Shown: positions 6,995 through 16,960 of the stretch, in pieces | Position numbering within the stretch: position 1 is the first letter of the stretch | How the letters are laid out: the number at the start of each line of letters is the position of its first letter | Virus genome (UHGV): UHGV-0428293 | Length of the DNA stretch: 43,928 nt | From: a virus | Strand: one strand, 5' to 3' | The notes under the pieces: model-generated | What the model was told of the DNA's origin: nothing | The model's database searches: none | The model's input: the letters and a program-made list of their open reading frames with translations, nothing else | Translations under genes and position numbers: made by a program

Positions 6995-7228
6995 ATGGGG
7001 AACACCATTATTGTCAATTTACGGATTCGGGCATCCGCTGCTAATCAGTGTAATATCAATGGTTTCCCAGCTGGTATCGCAGGGAATAATATTATATCCT
7101 GTGCCATTATGAAAACATCAGATAGGACATCAAAAGGTGGATATATCAGTGTCGAAGGGCTTCTATCTACACAAGCGCTTGAAGTAGACAGTGAATATGT
7201 TATAAGCACAGTTTATTTAGCTCGTTAA
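6995..7228 (+). CDS. Candidate antisense-embedded ORF (77 aa, MGNTIIVNLRIRASAANQCNINGF...)
   Basis: Fills a 365-nt gap with no minus-strand ORF. Its stop is 4 nt from the convergent stop of the fiber gene. Non-repetitive beta-rich sequence. The only RBS candidate is GGTGGGGG 10 nt upstream. The longer tabulated ORF from 6839 overlaps the neighbouring gene start. Confidence 0.3.
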   Translation: MGNTIIVNLRIRASAANQCNINGFPAGIAGNNIISCAIMKTSDRTSKGGYISVEGLLSTQALEVDSEYVISTVYLAR

Positions 7229-7232
7229 GTAA

Positions 7233-7898
7233 TCACTTTGTGAGTACCACATACCCCAACAAATTTTCGCCCGAAGGGAAGTCGGCATTATAAAAATATA
7301 TGCGCTTCTGGCCGGATGTCTCTACATATTGGGTCCAGTACCTTGTCCCTGTGCGGACGGTAAGAATCGGCAAATCAGCGCTTGTGATATCACGTTCCCA
7401 GTTTCCCCAGGCATTGCTTGTTTTAACTCTGGTGTAGTTTGCACCATTGCTTGTATCAATGGCTGTTATAGTGGCAGTAGTATTATTCATGACTACAGCT
7501 TCGAAAGTTCCATAGCTTGATGGAGTCCCGGTTGCGCCGGAACTATAATATCCAGCGTATTTTCCAACAGGTAATGCGCCAATTACATCAGATATGTTAC
7601 CAGAAGTGATTTTCATTCCTAAATTGCTATTTAAGTCATTAATCGCGAGCTGCATTGTATTAGCTAAAGCCAATGATGGAACCTTATCTGTAGCATCAGA
7701 TAATACGTTAGATATAGCAGATAACGCTAACTTCTCCCGGTCCAGTTGCTTTAATGCATCAATTGCTTTATTGGCTGCATCGGTTACCCGTTTTATTGCC
7801 TGTTCTGTTTTGTTTAAGTTTGTCTCATCCAAATCTGGCTCAGAGTCATTAACATACACAGTAGGTATATATTCTTGGATATTTTCTATGTTATTCAT
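7233..7898 (-). CDS. Tail fiber / receptor-binding-like protein (221 aa) with N-terminal coiled coil
   Basis: AGGAGG RBS. Sits at the distal end of the tail module. Ser/Thr/Gly-rich C-terminal half. Confidence 0.55.
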   Translation of the reverse strand: MNNIENIQEYIPTVYVNDSEPDLDETNLNKTEQAIKRVTDAANKAIDALKQLDREKLALSAISNVLSDATDKVPSLALANTMQLAINDLNSNLGMKITSGNISDVIGALPVGKYAGYYSSGATGTPSSYGTFEAVVMNNTTATITAIDTSNGANYTRVKTSNAWGNWERDITSADLPILTVRTGTRYWTQYVETSGQKRIYFYNADFPSGENLLGYVVLTK

Positions 7899-7907
7899 GT
7901 AACCTCC

Positions 7908-8819
7908 TTACAGATTAAATCTAGCCAAATATAAATTGTAGTCAAACGCAGCCCCAGAAGCTCCAATATACAGGTAGGCATTGCCAGTTATTCCGCTTAA
8001 GGTAAATGTTTTTTCTTGCTCCCATTCAGCTCCGGAAGAGCTACTTCTTCCAATTGACCCATCAAGTAATATGTCACCTAGATTCGGATTATATCTATAT
8101 TGCACGCTTGAACCGGACTGATATGCTTCCTCAATATAGTTTTCCACCCTATTCCGGCATACCATAACCTTGCAAACCTTTCCGGTTCCAGACATTTGGA
8201 CCGTAACCGATTTTACATTTGTAAGGTTGATGGGTAGGTCAAAAACAAATGCGACTGTTTCTCCTGAACCTGCACTTGCTTCTATGTGGTCCTTTGACAG
8301 TTTTACCGTACCAGTACCTTGTCTATATGTTGTATACCTAAAATATGTAATACCCTGTGAGCCATAAAATGTCCCGAATAGATATGGGGTATATGGGTCC
8401 TCATTTACATATCCTTCCCACAGTCCAGGACCTACGCCTGCAACATATTCACCTTTCTTAATGACCGAAGGGGTTAGGTTTTTAACCGGATTAATAGTGA
8501 TATCACCATTCCCGTATTTTCCAGCAGTCTTGACCGTGATTTGTTTTGCTCCAGGACCGATTGTCTGTGCATCAAATGTTTCAATGTTCTGGGTGATTTT
8601 CCCACCTGAATAATATCCAGGTTCAAGTTTTATTTCCCCGTTTGCCGACAATATAATTGTTGGGGATTTTTTGTCTGGAAGTGTTCCGGTCTGTTTCTCC
8701 TCGCTTCCTTTCCCAAGGAATATATTACCTTCCAATACATCCTCTGGCATTGCTGTTAAGTCATCCAGATTCGCTTGACTACCAAATTTATGTAACGCCA
8801 ACTTCGCCATATACACCAT
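7908..8819 (-). CDS. Tail fiber protein, long paralog (about 303-313 aa); start uncertain
   Basis: Shares ordered motifs with 8828..9247 and adds a ~170-aa C-terminal domain. In-frame candidate starts are at 8849, 8819 and 8810, none with a strong RBS. Confidence 0.55.
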   Translation of the reverse strand: MVYMAKLALHKFGSQANLDDLTAMPEDVLEGNIFLGKGSEEKQTGTLPDKKSPTIILSANGEIKLEPGYYSGGKITQNIETFDAQTIGPGAKQITVKTAGKYGNGDITINPVKNLTPSVIKKGEYVAGVGPGLWEGYVNEDPYTPYLFGTFYGSQGITYFRYTTYRQGTGTVKLSKDHIEASAGSGETVAFVFDLPINLTNVKSVTVQMSGTGKVCKVMVCRNRVENYIEEAYQSGSSVQYRYNPNLGDILLDGSIGRSSSSGAEWEQEKTFTLSGITGNAYLYIGASGAAFDYNLYLARFNL

Positions 8820-8827
8820 CCATTCCA

Positions 8828-9247
8828 CTAACTTACAAAACCCTGCCATGTACCAGTTACCGCCCCTTCACCTTCACCAACAGTCACGCCATATTTTATC
8901 ACTTCCGGTCGCAATCCGCTTACTTCCAATACAATAATATCATACATTACGTATTTTCCTTTTGTTTCAATCACCTGTTTACCAGGACCAGGGTCAACAA
9001 ATCCACCTCTGTATGTTTCAAGGTTTTGGAAGAATGTATCATTTCCATCATGGTATCCAGGCGTAATATTATATGTTTCATTTACGTCCATCTTTTTATT
9101 AATCGATTCAACATCTTGCATTGTCCCAGACTGTTCATTATCAGTCCCAGCTCCATAAAATGTTTTTCCTTTTCTGACTCTTGGTGATGTAGCGGTTAGG
9201 CCGGTCACATCAACCCCACTTCCTTTAAACGGTAATCCGATTCTCAT
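8828..9247 (-). CDS. Tail fiber protein, short paralog (139 aa)
   Basis: Paralogous to the N-terminal ~140 aa of 7908..8819 (GKTFYGAGTDNEQSGTM vs FLGKGSEEKQTGTL; TPGYHDGN vs EPGYYSGG; GPGKQVI vs GPGAKQI; GTWQGFV vs GLWEGYV). Confidence 0.6.
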   Translation of the reverse strand: MRIGLPFKGSGVDVTGLTATSPRVRKGKTFYGAGTDNEQSGTMQDVESINKKMDVNETYNITPGYHDGNDTFFQNLETYRGGFVDPGPGKQVIETKGKYVMYDIIVLEVSGLRPEVIKYGVTVGEGEGAVTGTWQGFVS

Positions 9248-9249
9248 TG

Positions 9250-9717
9250 TCATATTCCTTTCAATACAAGTATGAAATCTGCTGTTGGTTTCCTATAATT
9301 ACATGTAATGGTCACTGATCCATTATTCGTTGTTATGTCGGTGATATACCCCACGCTTCTGTCCACGTCTTTCTGTTGCTGTTCCGAATTAATGACAGGA
9401 TACTCGAACATTGGCACTGGGACATCCGTATCATTTATACCCGCATTGTTTACAGTCTGTTTATATGGTGCCTGGGTGCTCCACCCAGTTTTAGGGAAAT
9501 CGAGCCTGATTGCCCCAATCATATCATTAACTGTTCCTTCTATCTTGTTAATGGCCTTATTTGTATTATTGATATCATCAGCAGAGAATATGTCCCCTAC
9601 CTCCACATATTCGGTTTTATCATCCAATGTAGATAGTCCGGTTTCAGAATCAGTTTCAATTTTGTATTTACGCATTCCAGAAAATTTATCATTTTTATAA
9701 TCAGTTTTCAAACTCAT
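9250..9717 (-). CDS. Tail/baseplate-associated protein (155 aa)
   Basis: Placement in the tail-tip module. Its stop overlaps the next start. Confidence 0.5.
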   Translation of the reverse strand: MSLKTDYKNDKFSGMRKYKIETDSETGLSTLDDKTEYVEVGDIFSADDINNTNKAINKIEGTVNDMIGAIRLDFPKTGWSTQAPYKQTVNNAGINDTDVPVPMFEYPVINSEQQQKDVDRSVGYITDITTNNGSVTITCNYRKPTADFILVLKGI

Positions 9718-10151
9718 AGGCTTATACTCCTGTTTCCTAATGTTTTCCTTCCGAGTGTGAATGCAAGATGGTTTGGACCTGGACAGGATTTTACAATCAG
9801 ATTCCCCAAATCATAAATGATTCTTTCTATAGCGTTGGCTTGATAAATTGATGTGTATGTTATCTTATCAGGGGTTAGCGGGGTGTTGCTGTCTGTATAG
9901 TATGCATTCCTTATTGCAACTATATTTTTTCTCAGACGGTCCATTTCGTAATCCGTCCTATGGTCCTGCGGTTTCCATGTCTTAGATACAATCGTATTTC
10001 TATATCCGTACTGATTCAGGACATAAGATACCCATTTGATTGCCTGTTCGACACGGTTTAGGTCTTTGTAATCAATGTAAGCCTTGTCGGTTAATTCTAT
10101 TATGTCTGACTGCGTACGGTCAAAAATAAGAGATTCTAAATACTTACTCAT
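9714..10151 (-). CDS. Tail-associated hypothetical protein (145 aa)
   Basis: Placement. ATGA-type overlaps on both sides. Confidence 0.5.
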   Translation of the reverse strand: MSKYLESLIFDRTQSDIIELTDKAYIDYKDLNRVEQAIKWVSYVLNQYGYRNTIVSKTWKPQDHRTDYEMDRLRKNIVAIRNAYYTDSNTPLTPDKITYTSIYQANAIERIIYDLGNLIVKSCPGPNHLAFTLGRKTLGNRSISL

Positions 10152-11937
10152 GTATTTTTACCTCTGCCTTAATTTCGTTGGGAGAAAAGCTGTAATTGTA
10201 GCTCTCAATAATACCGGTGCGGTATCCATCGTAATCTGTATCAATCTTGACTTTCTGTCCTAATTTTTTCGTTCCAACAAGCACATCCCCCACCACATTT
10301 TCTGCTCGCTGGTAATATGCATATACGCGGTCAAGCACTTGCTGCGCATTTCCGCTATAAACTAATGTTGCATCTGTTACTTCGCGAATATTTTTGTTAA
10401 ATACAATATCTGGATTTTCCTTAAGGATTGAAGTGGTAAGATGGTTATATCTCTTACCAGTTAGTGTTACATTTCCACCGGTTCCAGTTATATAGGCATA
10501 GTTATCACCATACTGACCAATGGTACCACCAGTTATCTCCAAACTGTGATAAGGTTCACTAAAAATAACTTCTGCCGTGCCATTCAAATTATCATTATAC
10601 AATTCCTGCGTTTCGTTTGATTTCTGATAAGAATGGACTGTTAAACGAATTCCAGTGACAATATCAGAATGCTCCAATGTAACGCCAGAAAATACTTCAT
10701 CATTCAAAAATTCACCATTTAAAACATTTTCTTGCGGATATATAACAATTCCATCGTAATTGCTTGTATCTGCAATAGCTCCAATAGCAAAGCATATGTA
10801 TACTAATGCGTTTCTCTTTGTGGTATACGGTATGTATCCATAAAGCGGAATATCTGAAAATGATTCATCCAACAAATAATTAAAATCTTCATTCTCAAAT
10901 ATTTTCTCTAATACTTCAGAAACCGGCTGGCCTGTATATATTCCTCCAGCGAATTCATTGCCATCCAATACGCCCACTGCATCATGCGCGTCCATATGGT
11001 AATCCGTTTTGTTTTTCCTGGCACCGTTTTTAAGATAAAAATTTCCTATAAGCTCACCGTTGAAATATAAAGTAAGTTTCTGCTTTTTCTGTAAATCAAA
11101 CGGGATATTGGATGTTGTCCTTACCGTGAAATTCAATGTGTTAATACTTATGCTTTCTGATATTGCATTGATTTCTTGCAAACAGTTTCTTTCCAATAAT
11201 TCGTTGTCCAGAAAATCACGGTATATTCCATAATCTATTCTGGTAACAAATACTGGCCTTATGGGTTTTGATGTCTGCAAAAACGTGATTTCCAGTTTGT
11301 TATATCCTCTCACATAGTTATTACAAAAATATCGAACTGAATCCGGGAAAAACTCCATATCTGACAATAGGTTATTATCCGCGTACCACTTTACTCTCAT
11401 TCGTGTGCAATAATCTCCAGACATCATATTAAAAGTAAAAAGCAGTCCTACACTGGTGAATTTTTGATTAAAGGTTACTGTCAGCATGGGGGATTCAATT
11501 AACTTTTCAGTTGTTGATTTAGGATATAAAAACATTCCTGGATGCAAACCTATTTGGGGCTTAAGTCCTTGGCTTTGCTTAACATATCCGAACAATCCTT
11601 GTTCATTTGATACTTCTGGGCTTATATATCCATACGGAAGCGGATTATCTGGAAAATTGATATACTTTCCATTCAACAGAGAAAACCGCGGAAAGCATAG
11701 AGCATATCCGGGATAAGAAATATCATCTCGCTTTAATTCTGGAAATTCCTGCTCTATTATTGTCCCATGCGGATGTAAACCAGGGCCTGGATGAAGCCCT
11801 ATTCTCGGTCTTAATCCAGGCCTTGTAATGGATGCTGTACTATTTTCTTTGGCATAAGGGGCCAAGTCGTCATAAACAATCTTTAATCCCTCAGTATTCT
11901 GTTCTGCGTCAGATAATATGGATTGCTTTAAAAACAC
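10144..11937 (-). CDS. Tail tip protein (Tal / prophage tail endopeptidase-like), about 598 aa
   Basis: Large beta-rich protein downstream of the TMP and the Dit-like gene. Start placed at GTG 11937 with AGGAGG 7 nt upstream, 1 nt after the previous TGA. The tabulated ATG at 12006 would overlap by 68 nt. Confidence 0.6.
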   Translation of the reverse strand: MFLKQSILSDAEQNTEGLKIVYDDLAPYAKENSTASITRPGLRPRIGLHPGPGLHPHGTIIEQEFPELKRDDISYPGYALCFPRFSLLNGKYINFPDNPLPYGYISPEVSNEQGLFGYVKQSQGLKPQIGLHPGMFLYPKSTTEKLIESPMLTVTFNQKFTSVGLLFTFNMMSGDYCTRMRVKWYADNNLLSDMEFFPDSVRYFCNNYVRGYNKLEITFLQTSKPIRPVFVTRIDYGIYRDFLDNELLERNCLQEINAISESISINTLNFTVRTTSNIPFDLQKKQKLTLYFNGELIGNFYLKNGARKNKTDYHMDAHDAVGVLDGNEFAGGIYTGQPVSEVLEKIFENEDFNYLLDESFSDIPLYGYIPYTTKRNALVYICFAIGAIADTSNYDGIVIYPQENVLNGEFLNDEVFSGVTLEHSDIVTGIRLTVHSYQKSNETQELYNDNLNGTAEVIFSEPYHSLEITGGTIGQYGDNYAYITGTGGNVTLTGKRYNHLTTSILKENPDIVFNKNIREVTDATLVYSGNAQQVLDRVYAYYQRAENVVGDVLVGTKKLGQKVKIDTDYDGYRTGIIESYNYSFSPNEIKAEVKIHE

Positions 11938-11938
11938 A

Positions 11939-12349
11939 TCACGGCCTCCTCTGCGGCTCCATAGCGGTAAAGGTAATAGATAAGCCGGTCCAATGGTTAC
12001 GCTCACCTTCTTTTCCGTTCTTGTTGATTTTTAAATCATCATCCCCGCTCGTTATGTATGCTTCAAACTCTTTGGTTTCTTGGCCATATGGGAATACCAT
12101 ATTATGAGACTCAACCGGAGCGGAGATAATTTCATAAAATGTATCATAGTCAGCTGGGTTACTTCTTTCTGCATCAATATCGAGGGTGTAATTATAAAAT
12201 GTACCAATGATATCACGGTGCATCCGGTAAGATTGCAAACGTCCAGAATTTTTACTATCTGCGACCGAAAAATTTCGCTTTAAGGATTTTACCCATAGAC
12301 GGAGATTAACTCCGTCTATGGTAAATACTCCGTTCCCATTCTGTGCCAT
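11939..12349 (-). CDS. Distal-tail (Dit)-like small tail component (136 aa)
   Basis: Immediately follows the TMP, the canonical Dit position, but is shorter than a typical Dit. Confidence 0.5.
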   Translation of the reverse strand: MAQNGNGVFTIDGVNLRLWVKSLKRNFSVADSKNSGRLQSYRMHRDIIGTFYNYTLDIDAERSNPADYDTFYEIISAPVESHNMVFPYGQETKEFEAYITSGDDDLKINKNGKEGERNHWTGLSITFTAMEPQRRP

Positions 12350-14814
12350 TATACGCTTCCTTCCGTTACCATTCTTACACCTACACGATTCTTTTCGTTG
12401 TTTCCGAATTTGACTACAAGCTGACCAAATCTTGTACCATCAAGTATTAGCTCTGCTTTAGCAATCTGGTTTCTGCTAGATATATTGCTCTCTGCCAAAG
12501 CTTCTTTGAGAGCTTGCTTCATAGTTGACAAAGGGGATACCACTTCTGTTTCACGGTTGTTATCTCCCAGAATAGCAGCAAACATTCCAGCCCGCGGTGG
12601 TACTACTGTGCCGGTTGCAAGCATTGGCATTCTATAGGGAACCGCTGCATAAGCAGACATTGGGTAGGCACTTCTTCCCCCATACCCACCAGAATATCCG
12701 GCAGATTCGGCGCGCTTACCGGCATTAGATGCTATAGTGGATGCAGCAATTCCTGCTGCAATTGCAACTCCAATAGCAACAGCCATTGCCGGACCAGAAA
12801 GGGAACCTACAGCAACAGCCAAAATTGCTATTGCTGATGCCGCAGCTAAAATACTAGATATAACCTTCTCAGATGGAGACATCTTATCCCAATTTTTATA
12901 TATATCATATATTGCTTTTACTAAAACAGTTATAGCCGTAGCCATTCCTACAAATTTGAGCCTAGTAAAATCAAGTTTTGAGGCCAATGTTGAAAGTGTT
13001 TGTATAAGACCTTTTACCCCTCCCAACGTATTTATCATAGATTTTACTCCTGAAACAAATTCTTCAAATTTCCAAGCTGCAAAAAATGCCAGCACTGCAA
13101 GTGTAATATTTTCTACCAATGTCTGATTTTGACTTACCCAATCCGAAAATTTAGTCAACCATTCAACAACTTTTTCTAATGCAGCTATGATAACTGCTCC
13201 GGTCCACTCTCCTAATGGCTGTAAAAATTCTTCCCATAACCATATTCCCAATGGCTTCAGTGCATCAATCACACTATGTATTGCTTTCAGGGCTGCTGCA
13301 ATTAAATCAAATACGGTTGGCAACGCTTGCTCTACTCCCCATTTTGCAATTGGAAGTAGTACATCGTTAAGAAACCACAATAGCAAGTTTCCAACATCTG
13401 ATACAATAGGTTTTACAGAAATTAAAATTCTGTCAAAGCTTTCCAATAAAGGTGAAAAATCCAAATCCGCAGACCATTCTTTTAAACTTTCTGATGCCTG
13501 ACGGAAAAATCCTGTTATCTCAAGAATAATATCCCCAAGATGCCTTAAAATGTTTGTTCCAGTATCTCCAGATACCCACGCCTTATCAAAGTTTGTAACT
13601 AGATTACCAACTGTATCAACCAGATTTGCAAAAGTAATTAGCAAATCATCCGTGATTGCTTTCCCATATTCCTCTACATTCCACACCTGCATAAACGATG
13701 CGCCTACATCACTTGCAAGCTGTTTAATAGCAGAGAATGTATTTTGCAACGAACTCATTACCTGTGGGCCATTTTCAAGCCATGATTCTTTAAGCGGGTC
13801 GAACAGTTTCCCAAGCGTATTCTTTATAGCCTCTGCCTGTAGCTTAATATCATTGGATACTTCTTCCGTGGTAAACATATCCTCTGGTTTAAGCTCGTTC
13901 TTATCTTCGCTTTTTTTCTTTCCCGTTGTTATCTGTATCAGCTTATCAAATGGTGCTAATGCCTTTTCTGTTTCTTTGGCTGCATCTTTTGTTTCATCTT
14001 TGGTTTTGTCCAGACTGTCCGCGTAATCCTGCTGGACCTTAACCGCCTTGACAAATGTATCCTTACCAGTTAATGCCGCCAGCAGTTGCGCCGTCCAGGT
14101 AACGGCTTGGGATAGCAAATTGATAAACTGTGCCAGGGCCGGAGTTGCGTATTCCACCAACGGGGAAAAGGCTGTGCCAAAAGAGTTTTTAAGCTGGGTC
14201 ATACTGGACATCAGCATGGATAACGCTTTATTGGTATCATCTGAATACTGGGCCAGATTATCCATACCTTCTTTTAATCCGCCCGTTACTGCGGAAATGG
14301 CACGGAAAACAGTGCTAAATAAGATAGATGTTGCAAGCATTCGTCCCAATCCCATTCGTGCACCTCGGGATGCTTTCTCAGTACCTTTTAATGATTTATT
14401 GAGCTTACTTCCACTTTTGCTTGCCTTCTTTTGTTCATTATCAACACCGAGCAACTTTTTCTTGTAATCCTGCATTGCTTTTTTAGCCCGCTGCAATCCT
14501 GCTAATGCCTTGTCATATGGCGCATCGCCAAGTCCATAACCAGCCTTTTCAGCGTAATACAATGCATCTTTATATTGGTCCACCTCATCTTGCAAATTGC
14601 GTACACTTGGAGCAAGACTTTGTATGGATTTAGAAGCAGATGAAAATGTATGTTTCATAATGCCTGGAATATCCTTAAAAGCCTGAGGTAGCAATTTTAT
14701 ATAATCCATTGTGCCGGATAGCGTTCTTTTGATATCTTCGCTTCCTGTTTTTGCACCATCCGTTTTGATTTTAGTATCTATTAATACAGTTCCATCAGGT
14801 TGCAAAGATATCAC
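12349..14814 (-). CDS. Tail tape measure protein (821 aa)
   Basis: Long alpha-helical, low-complexity protein with hydrophobic stretches in its C-terminal half, between the tail chaperones and tail-tip genes. GTG start at 14814. An in-frame TTG at 14805 with RBS GAGGTG is the alternative. Confidence 0.85.
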   Translation of the reverse strand: MISLQPDGTVLIDTKIKTDGAKTGSEDIKRTLSGTMDYIKLLPQAFKDIPGIMKHTFSSASKSIQSLAPSVRNLQDEVDQYKDALYYAEKAGYGLGDAPYDKALAGLQRAKKAMQDYKKKLLGVDNEQKKASKSGSKLNKSLKGTEKASRGARMGLGRMLATSILFSTVFRAISAVTGGLKEGMDNLAQYSDDTNKALSMLMSSMTQLKNSFGTAFSPLVEYATPALAQFINLLSQAVTWTAQLLAALTGKDTFVKAVKVQQDYADSLDKTKDETKDAAKETEKALAPFDKLIQITTGKKKSEDKNELKPEDMFTTEEVSNDIKLQAEAIKNTLGKLFDPLKESWLENGPQVMSSLQNTFSAIKQLASDVGASFMQVWNVEEYGKAITDDLLITFANLVDTVGNLVTNFDKAWVSGDTGTNILRHLGDIILEITGFFRQASESLKEWSADLDFSPLLESFDRILISVKPIVSDVGNLLLWFLNDVLLPIAKWGVEQALPTVFDLIAAALKAIHSVIDALKPLGIWLWEEFLQPLGEWTGAVIIAALEKVVEWLTKFSDWVSQNQTLVENITLAVLAFFAAWKFEEFVSGVKSMINTLGGVKGLIQTLSTLASKLDFTRLKFVGMATAITVLVKAIYDIYKNWDKMSPSEKVISSILAAASAIAILAVAVGSLSGPAMAVAIGVAIAAGIAASTIASNAGKRAESAGYSGGYGGRSAYPMSAYAAVPYRMPMLATGTVVPPRAGMFAAILGDNNRETEVVSPLSTMKQALKEALAESNISSRNQIAKAELILDGTRFGQLVVKFGNNEKNRVGVRMVTEGSV

Positions 14815-14815
14815 C

Positions 14816-15373
14816 TCACTTTAGCAACTCTGCAAAATAATCAAATTCTTCTTTAGATTTGTCAGTGGATTTTTCAAGTTCACATAGCTTTTTATTGTTC
14901 TGTAAAAACTCCTGCTCCCACTTTTCTAAGCGCTTCCCTTTTGACAGTTTCTGCCGGATAGAAAGGACCTGAGAAAACAATCCGTCCCCAATTTCCATGA
15001 ACCATCCGTAGAAAGTCCACCAATGGATTATCTGGCATCCGCGTGTTTCAAACCCTGCAATCCTGTTAACCGCCGGGAAAATAATTCCTGCGTCCTGTTC
15101 CCAGTCAATTACGCGCGGTGATGGAGTATCTTCATGCACCACACCACAGTCGATAAACCATAATGCTTTTTCTGCCGCTTCTGTTAAATCCTGCGGAGGC
15201 GGGATAACGGGCCAGTAAAGAATTTCAAGCATTGCTTGTGTTTTCTCTGGGTCAGACAATTCTTCATCCGCAAAGGCTGATAAAATATCTAATATTGCCC
15301 GGAAGTCCTCACGGATTTCATAGTCTATTCCATTAACAGAGAGAGAATATGGGAGGGACCACGCTGCGCTCAT
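14816..15373 (-). CDS. Tail assembly chaperone, Gp15-like
   Basis: Position between major tail protein and TMP. Recalled similarity to the bacteriophage Gp15 family. Confidence 0.55.
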   Translation of the reverse strand: MSAAWSLPYSLSVNGIDYEIREDFRAILDILSAFADEELSDPEKTQAMLEILYWPVIPPPQDLTEAAEKALWFIDCGVVHEDTPSPRVIDWEQDAGIIFPAVNRIAGFETRGCQIIHWWTFYGWFMEIGDGLFSQVLSIRQKLSKGKRLEKWEQEFLQNNKKLCELEKSTDKSKEEFDYFAELLK

Positions 15374-15840
15374 TTAACAGGAAATGGATATTTCCCAGGA
15401 CCAGCATTATACTGTTGTGTATATTTCCCGGCTTTACTTTCCATTTCCGTGAAATTTTTACCCGTTTCCTGCTCTATAATTTTTTTAACACTCTCAAGTA
15501 TCACCAGCGCCCAAGGGTCGCCATTTTCCATAGGGGTAAATGGACTGGCGATTTTGAAGAAGCCAGAAGTGTCTGCGTTAAATAGATAATCAAATTTTTC
15601 CTGAAGCGACTTTGCATATTTATTAATTATCTCTAACGACATTTCTTCCTTCTTCTTGTTATCAAGAGTTGTTTTTAATTCCATCCACATATCCTCGAAT
15701 GCTTTATACACATTCTGCTGCCGCTCGAATATGTCAAGGTCGGTTGGAACAAATTTGAAAGTTGCCAGCACATCTCCATGCTGGTCCGTAAAATCGTAGT
15801 ATTTAACTGGGCTTTCAATATTTATTGGAATATTAGGCAT
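15370..15840 (-). CDS. Tail assembly chaperone (gpG-like)
   Basis: Position immediately after the major tail gene. 4-nt ATGA overlap with the next gene. Confidence 0.55.
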   Translation of the reverse strand: MPNIPINIESPVKYYDFTDQHGDVLATFKFVPTDLDIFERQQNVYKAFEDMWMELKTTLDNKKKEEMSLEIINKYAKSLQEKFDYLFNADTSGFFKIASPFTPMENGDPWALVILESVKKIIEQETGKNFTEMESKAGKYTQQYNAGPGKYPFPVK

Positions 15841-15852
15841 ATTTATCCTCCT

Positions 15853-16380
15853 TTACTCTGACAAAGAAGCTCCATCAGCCGTAAAAGTCATCGTTGTAGG
15901 GTTTACAGCGCCAAGAGTCCTATCACCTACATAGTGCACCGTATGCGTTGCAGAAACACCTTTCAGGCCTCCTGCAAAGTCTCCCAACTCAACAACACCC
16001 TCCTGCACCCATGCACGCATATTTCCGGCACTATCGGTTTTGTATCGCTTTACACAGAGATATTTCAATCTCAAATCTGACAGAGTTGCCCTTTCTTCCA
16101 TGAGCGTATCTATCTTCTGAGCGTATTTACTTTCTCCAGATACATTGGTTGGGTCCACTGTCATGCTTTCCGCATATCCGGTGATATCATAGTTATTATT
16201 TCCAAGCACATCCTGGCTTTCTTCCGTCTCTGGATTCATCGAAATCGGCATATCCTCAACGCCTTTTCCAATAATTTCAAGTTTATCTTTTGCGATATTT
16301 GTGGTGCTTCCATCAGTTATCCAAAAGACCATAAAGTCTTTTCTTTTTGCCTCTCCATCGGCATAAGTCCACGTTGCCAC
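15853..16380 (-). CDS. Major tail protein (about 175 aa)
   Basis: Position and size. Start placed at GTG 16380 with AAAGGAGA 6 nt upstream. The tabulated start at 16416 is a GTG lying inside the upstream terminator hairpin. Confidence 0.65.
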   Translation of the reverse strand: MATWTYADGEAKRKDFMVFWITDGSTTNIAKDKLEIIGKGVEDMPISMNPETEESQDVLGNNNYDITGYAESMTVDPTNVSGESKYAQKIDTLMEERATLSDLRLKYLCVKRYKTDSAGNMRAWVQEGVVELGDFAGGLKGVSATHTVHYVGDRTLGAVNPTTMTFTADGASLSE

Positions 16381-16395
16381 TGTTTTTCTCCTTTC

Positions 16396-16426
16396 AAATA
16401 AAAATAGAGCCATCACACAAGGCTCT
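16396..16426 (-). terminator. Rho-independent terminator/attenuator upstream of the major tail gene
   Basis: Minus strand reads AGAGCC-TTGTGTGAT-GGCTCT followed by ATTTTTATTT. Confidence 0.45.
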
Positions 16427-16444
16427 GCGTCTTAGCGTCTGGCT

Positions 16445-16960
16445 CTACCATCTTTCAAAATCATATGTATATTCTATAGATACTGGAAGTATCCAGTCCT
16501 GCACGCCACTTTCCTGCGGTTCCAGTCCGTATGAGTTATCACGGGTAACTTTGGTTATCTTTCTTCCCTGAGATAATGTGGGATAATTTGATAATCGTTG
16601 CTCACTCCCATCAATCACAACCGGCTCGCGACATAGCCACTTCCCGAACGTATCAAGAAATTCCTGTATGCTCATCTTCTGCCGCTCTTTTGTGGAGGAT
16701 GTACGGTATATAATATAGAAGGGATACTGGCAGGTCTGTCGCACTCCGCCCAGTACATCCTCAGTCTCAGAAAAGATTAAGGCTCCATTATCTGCCGAAA
16801 ATGCAATCCCACTATCCTCACCCAATTCTTCAAATTTAACAGTTTCATTTTCATACAAGCCAGGGAATTGATTGAGCAAAGCCTTTACAGCGATTGTCAG
16901 CACATCATATCCGCTTGCGTCTTTTCCTATTGGTTTTCGTTCATCACCCACGCTTTCCAC
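16445..16960 (-). CDS. Tail completion / minor capsid-like protein (171 aa)
   Basis: Position between the head-tail joining genes and the major tail gene. Confidence 0.55.
   Translation of the reverse strand: MESVGDERKPIGKDASGYDVLTIAVKALLNQFPGLYENETVKFEELGEDSGIAFSADNGALIFSETEDVLGGVRQTCQYPFYIIYRTSSTKERQKMSIQEFLDTFGKWLCREPVVIDGSEQRLSNYPTLSQGRKITKVTRDNSYGLEPQESGVQDWILPVSIEYTYDFERW

Noticed and set aside
7908-12349. A diversity-generating retroelement targeting the tail fiber, given the paralogous fiber genes
   Set aside because: There is no reverse transcriptase gene anywhere in the window, and no template/variable repeat pair with adenine-specific differences was seen.
12737-14467. Plus-strand ORFs 12737..13126, 13187..13501, 13550..14026 and 14048..14467, antisense to the tape measure gene
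   Set aside because: Ala/Ser-rich low-complexity translations typical of antisense frames of a long helical gene. No RBS. Fully nested in a confident CDS.
14816-15840. Programmed -1 frameshift between the two tail chaperone ORFs (gpG/gpGT style)
   Set aside because: The second ORF has its own ATG, overlapping the first stop (ATGA). There is no X-XXY-YYZ slippery heptamer near the end of the first ORF. The pair looks like two separately initiated chaperones.
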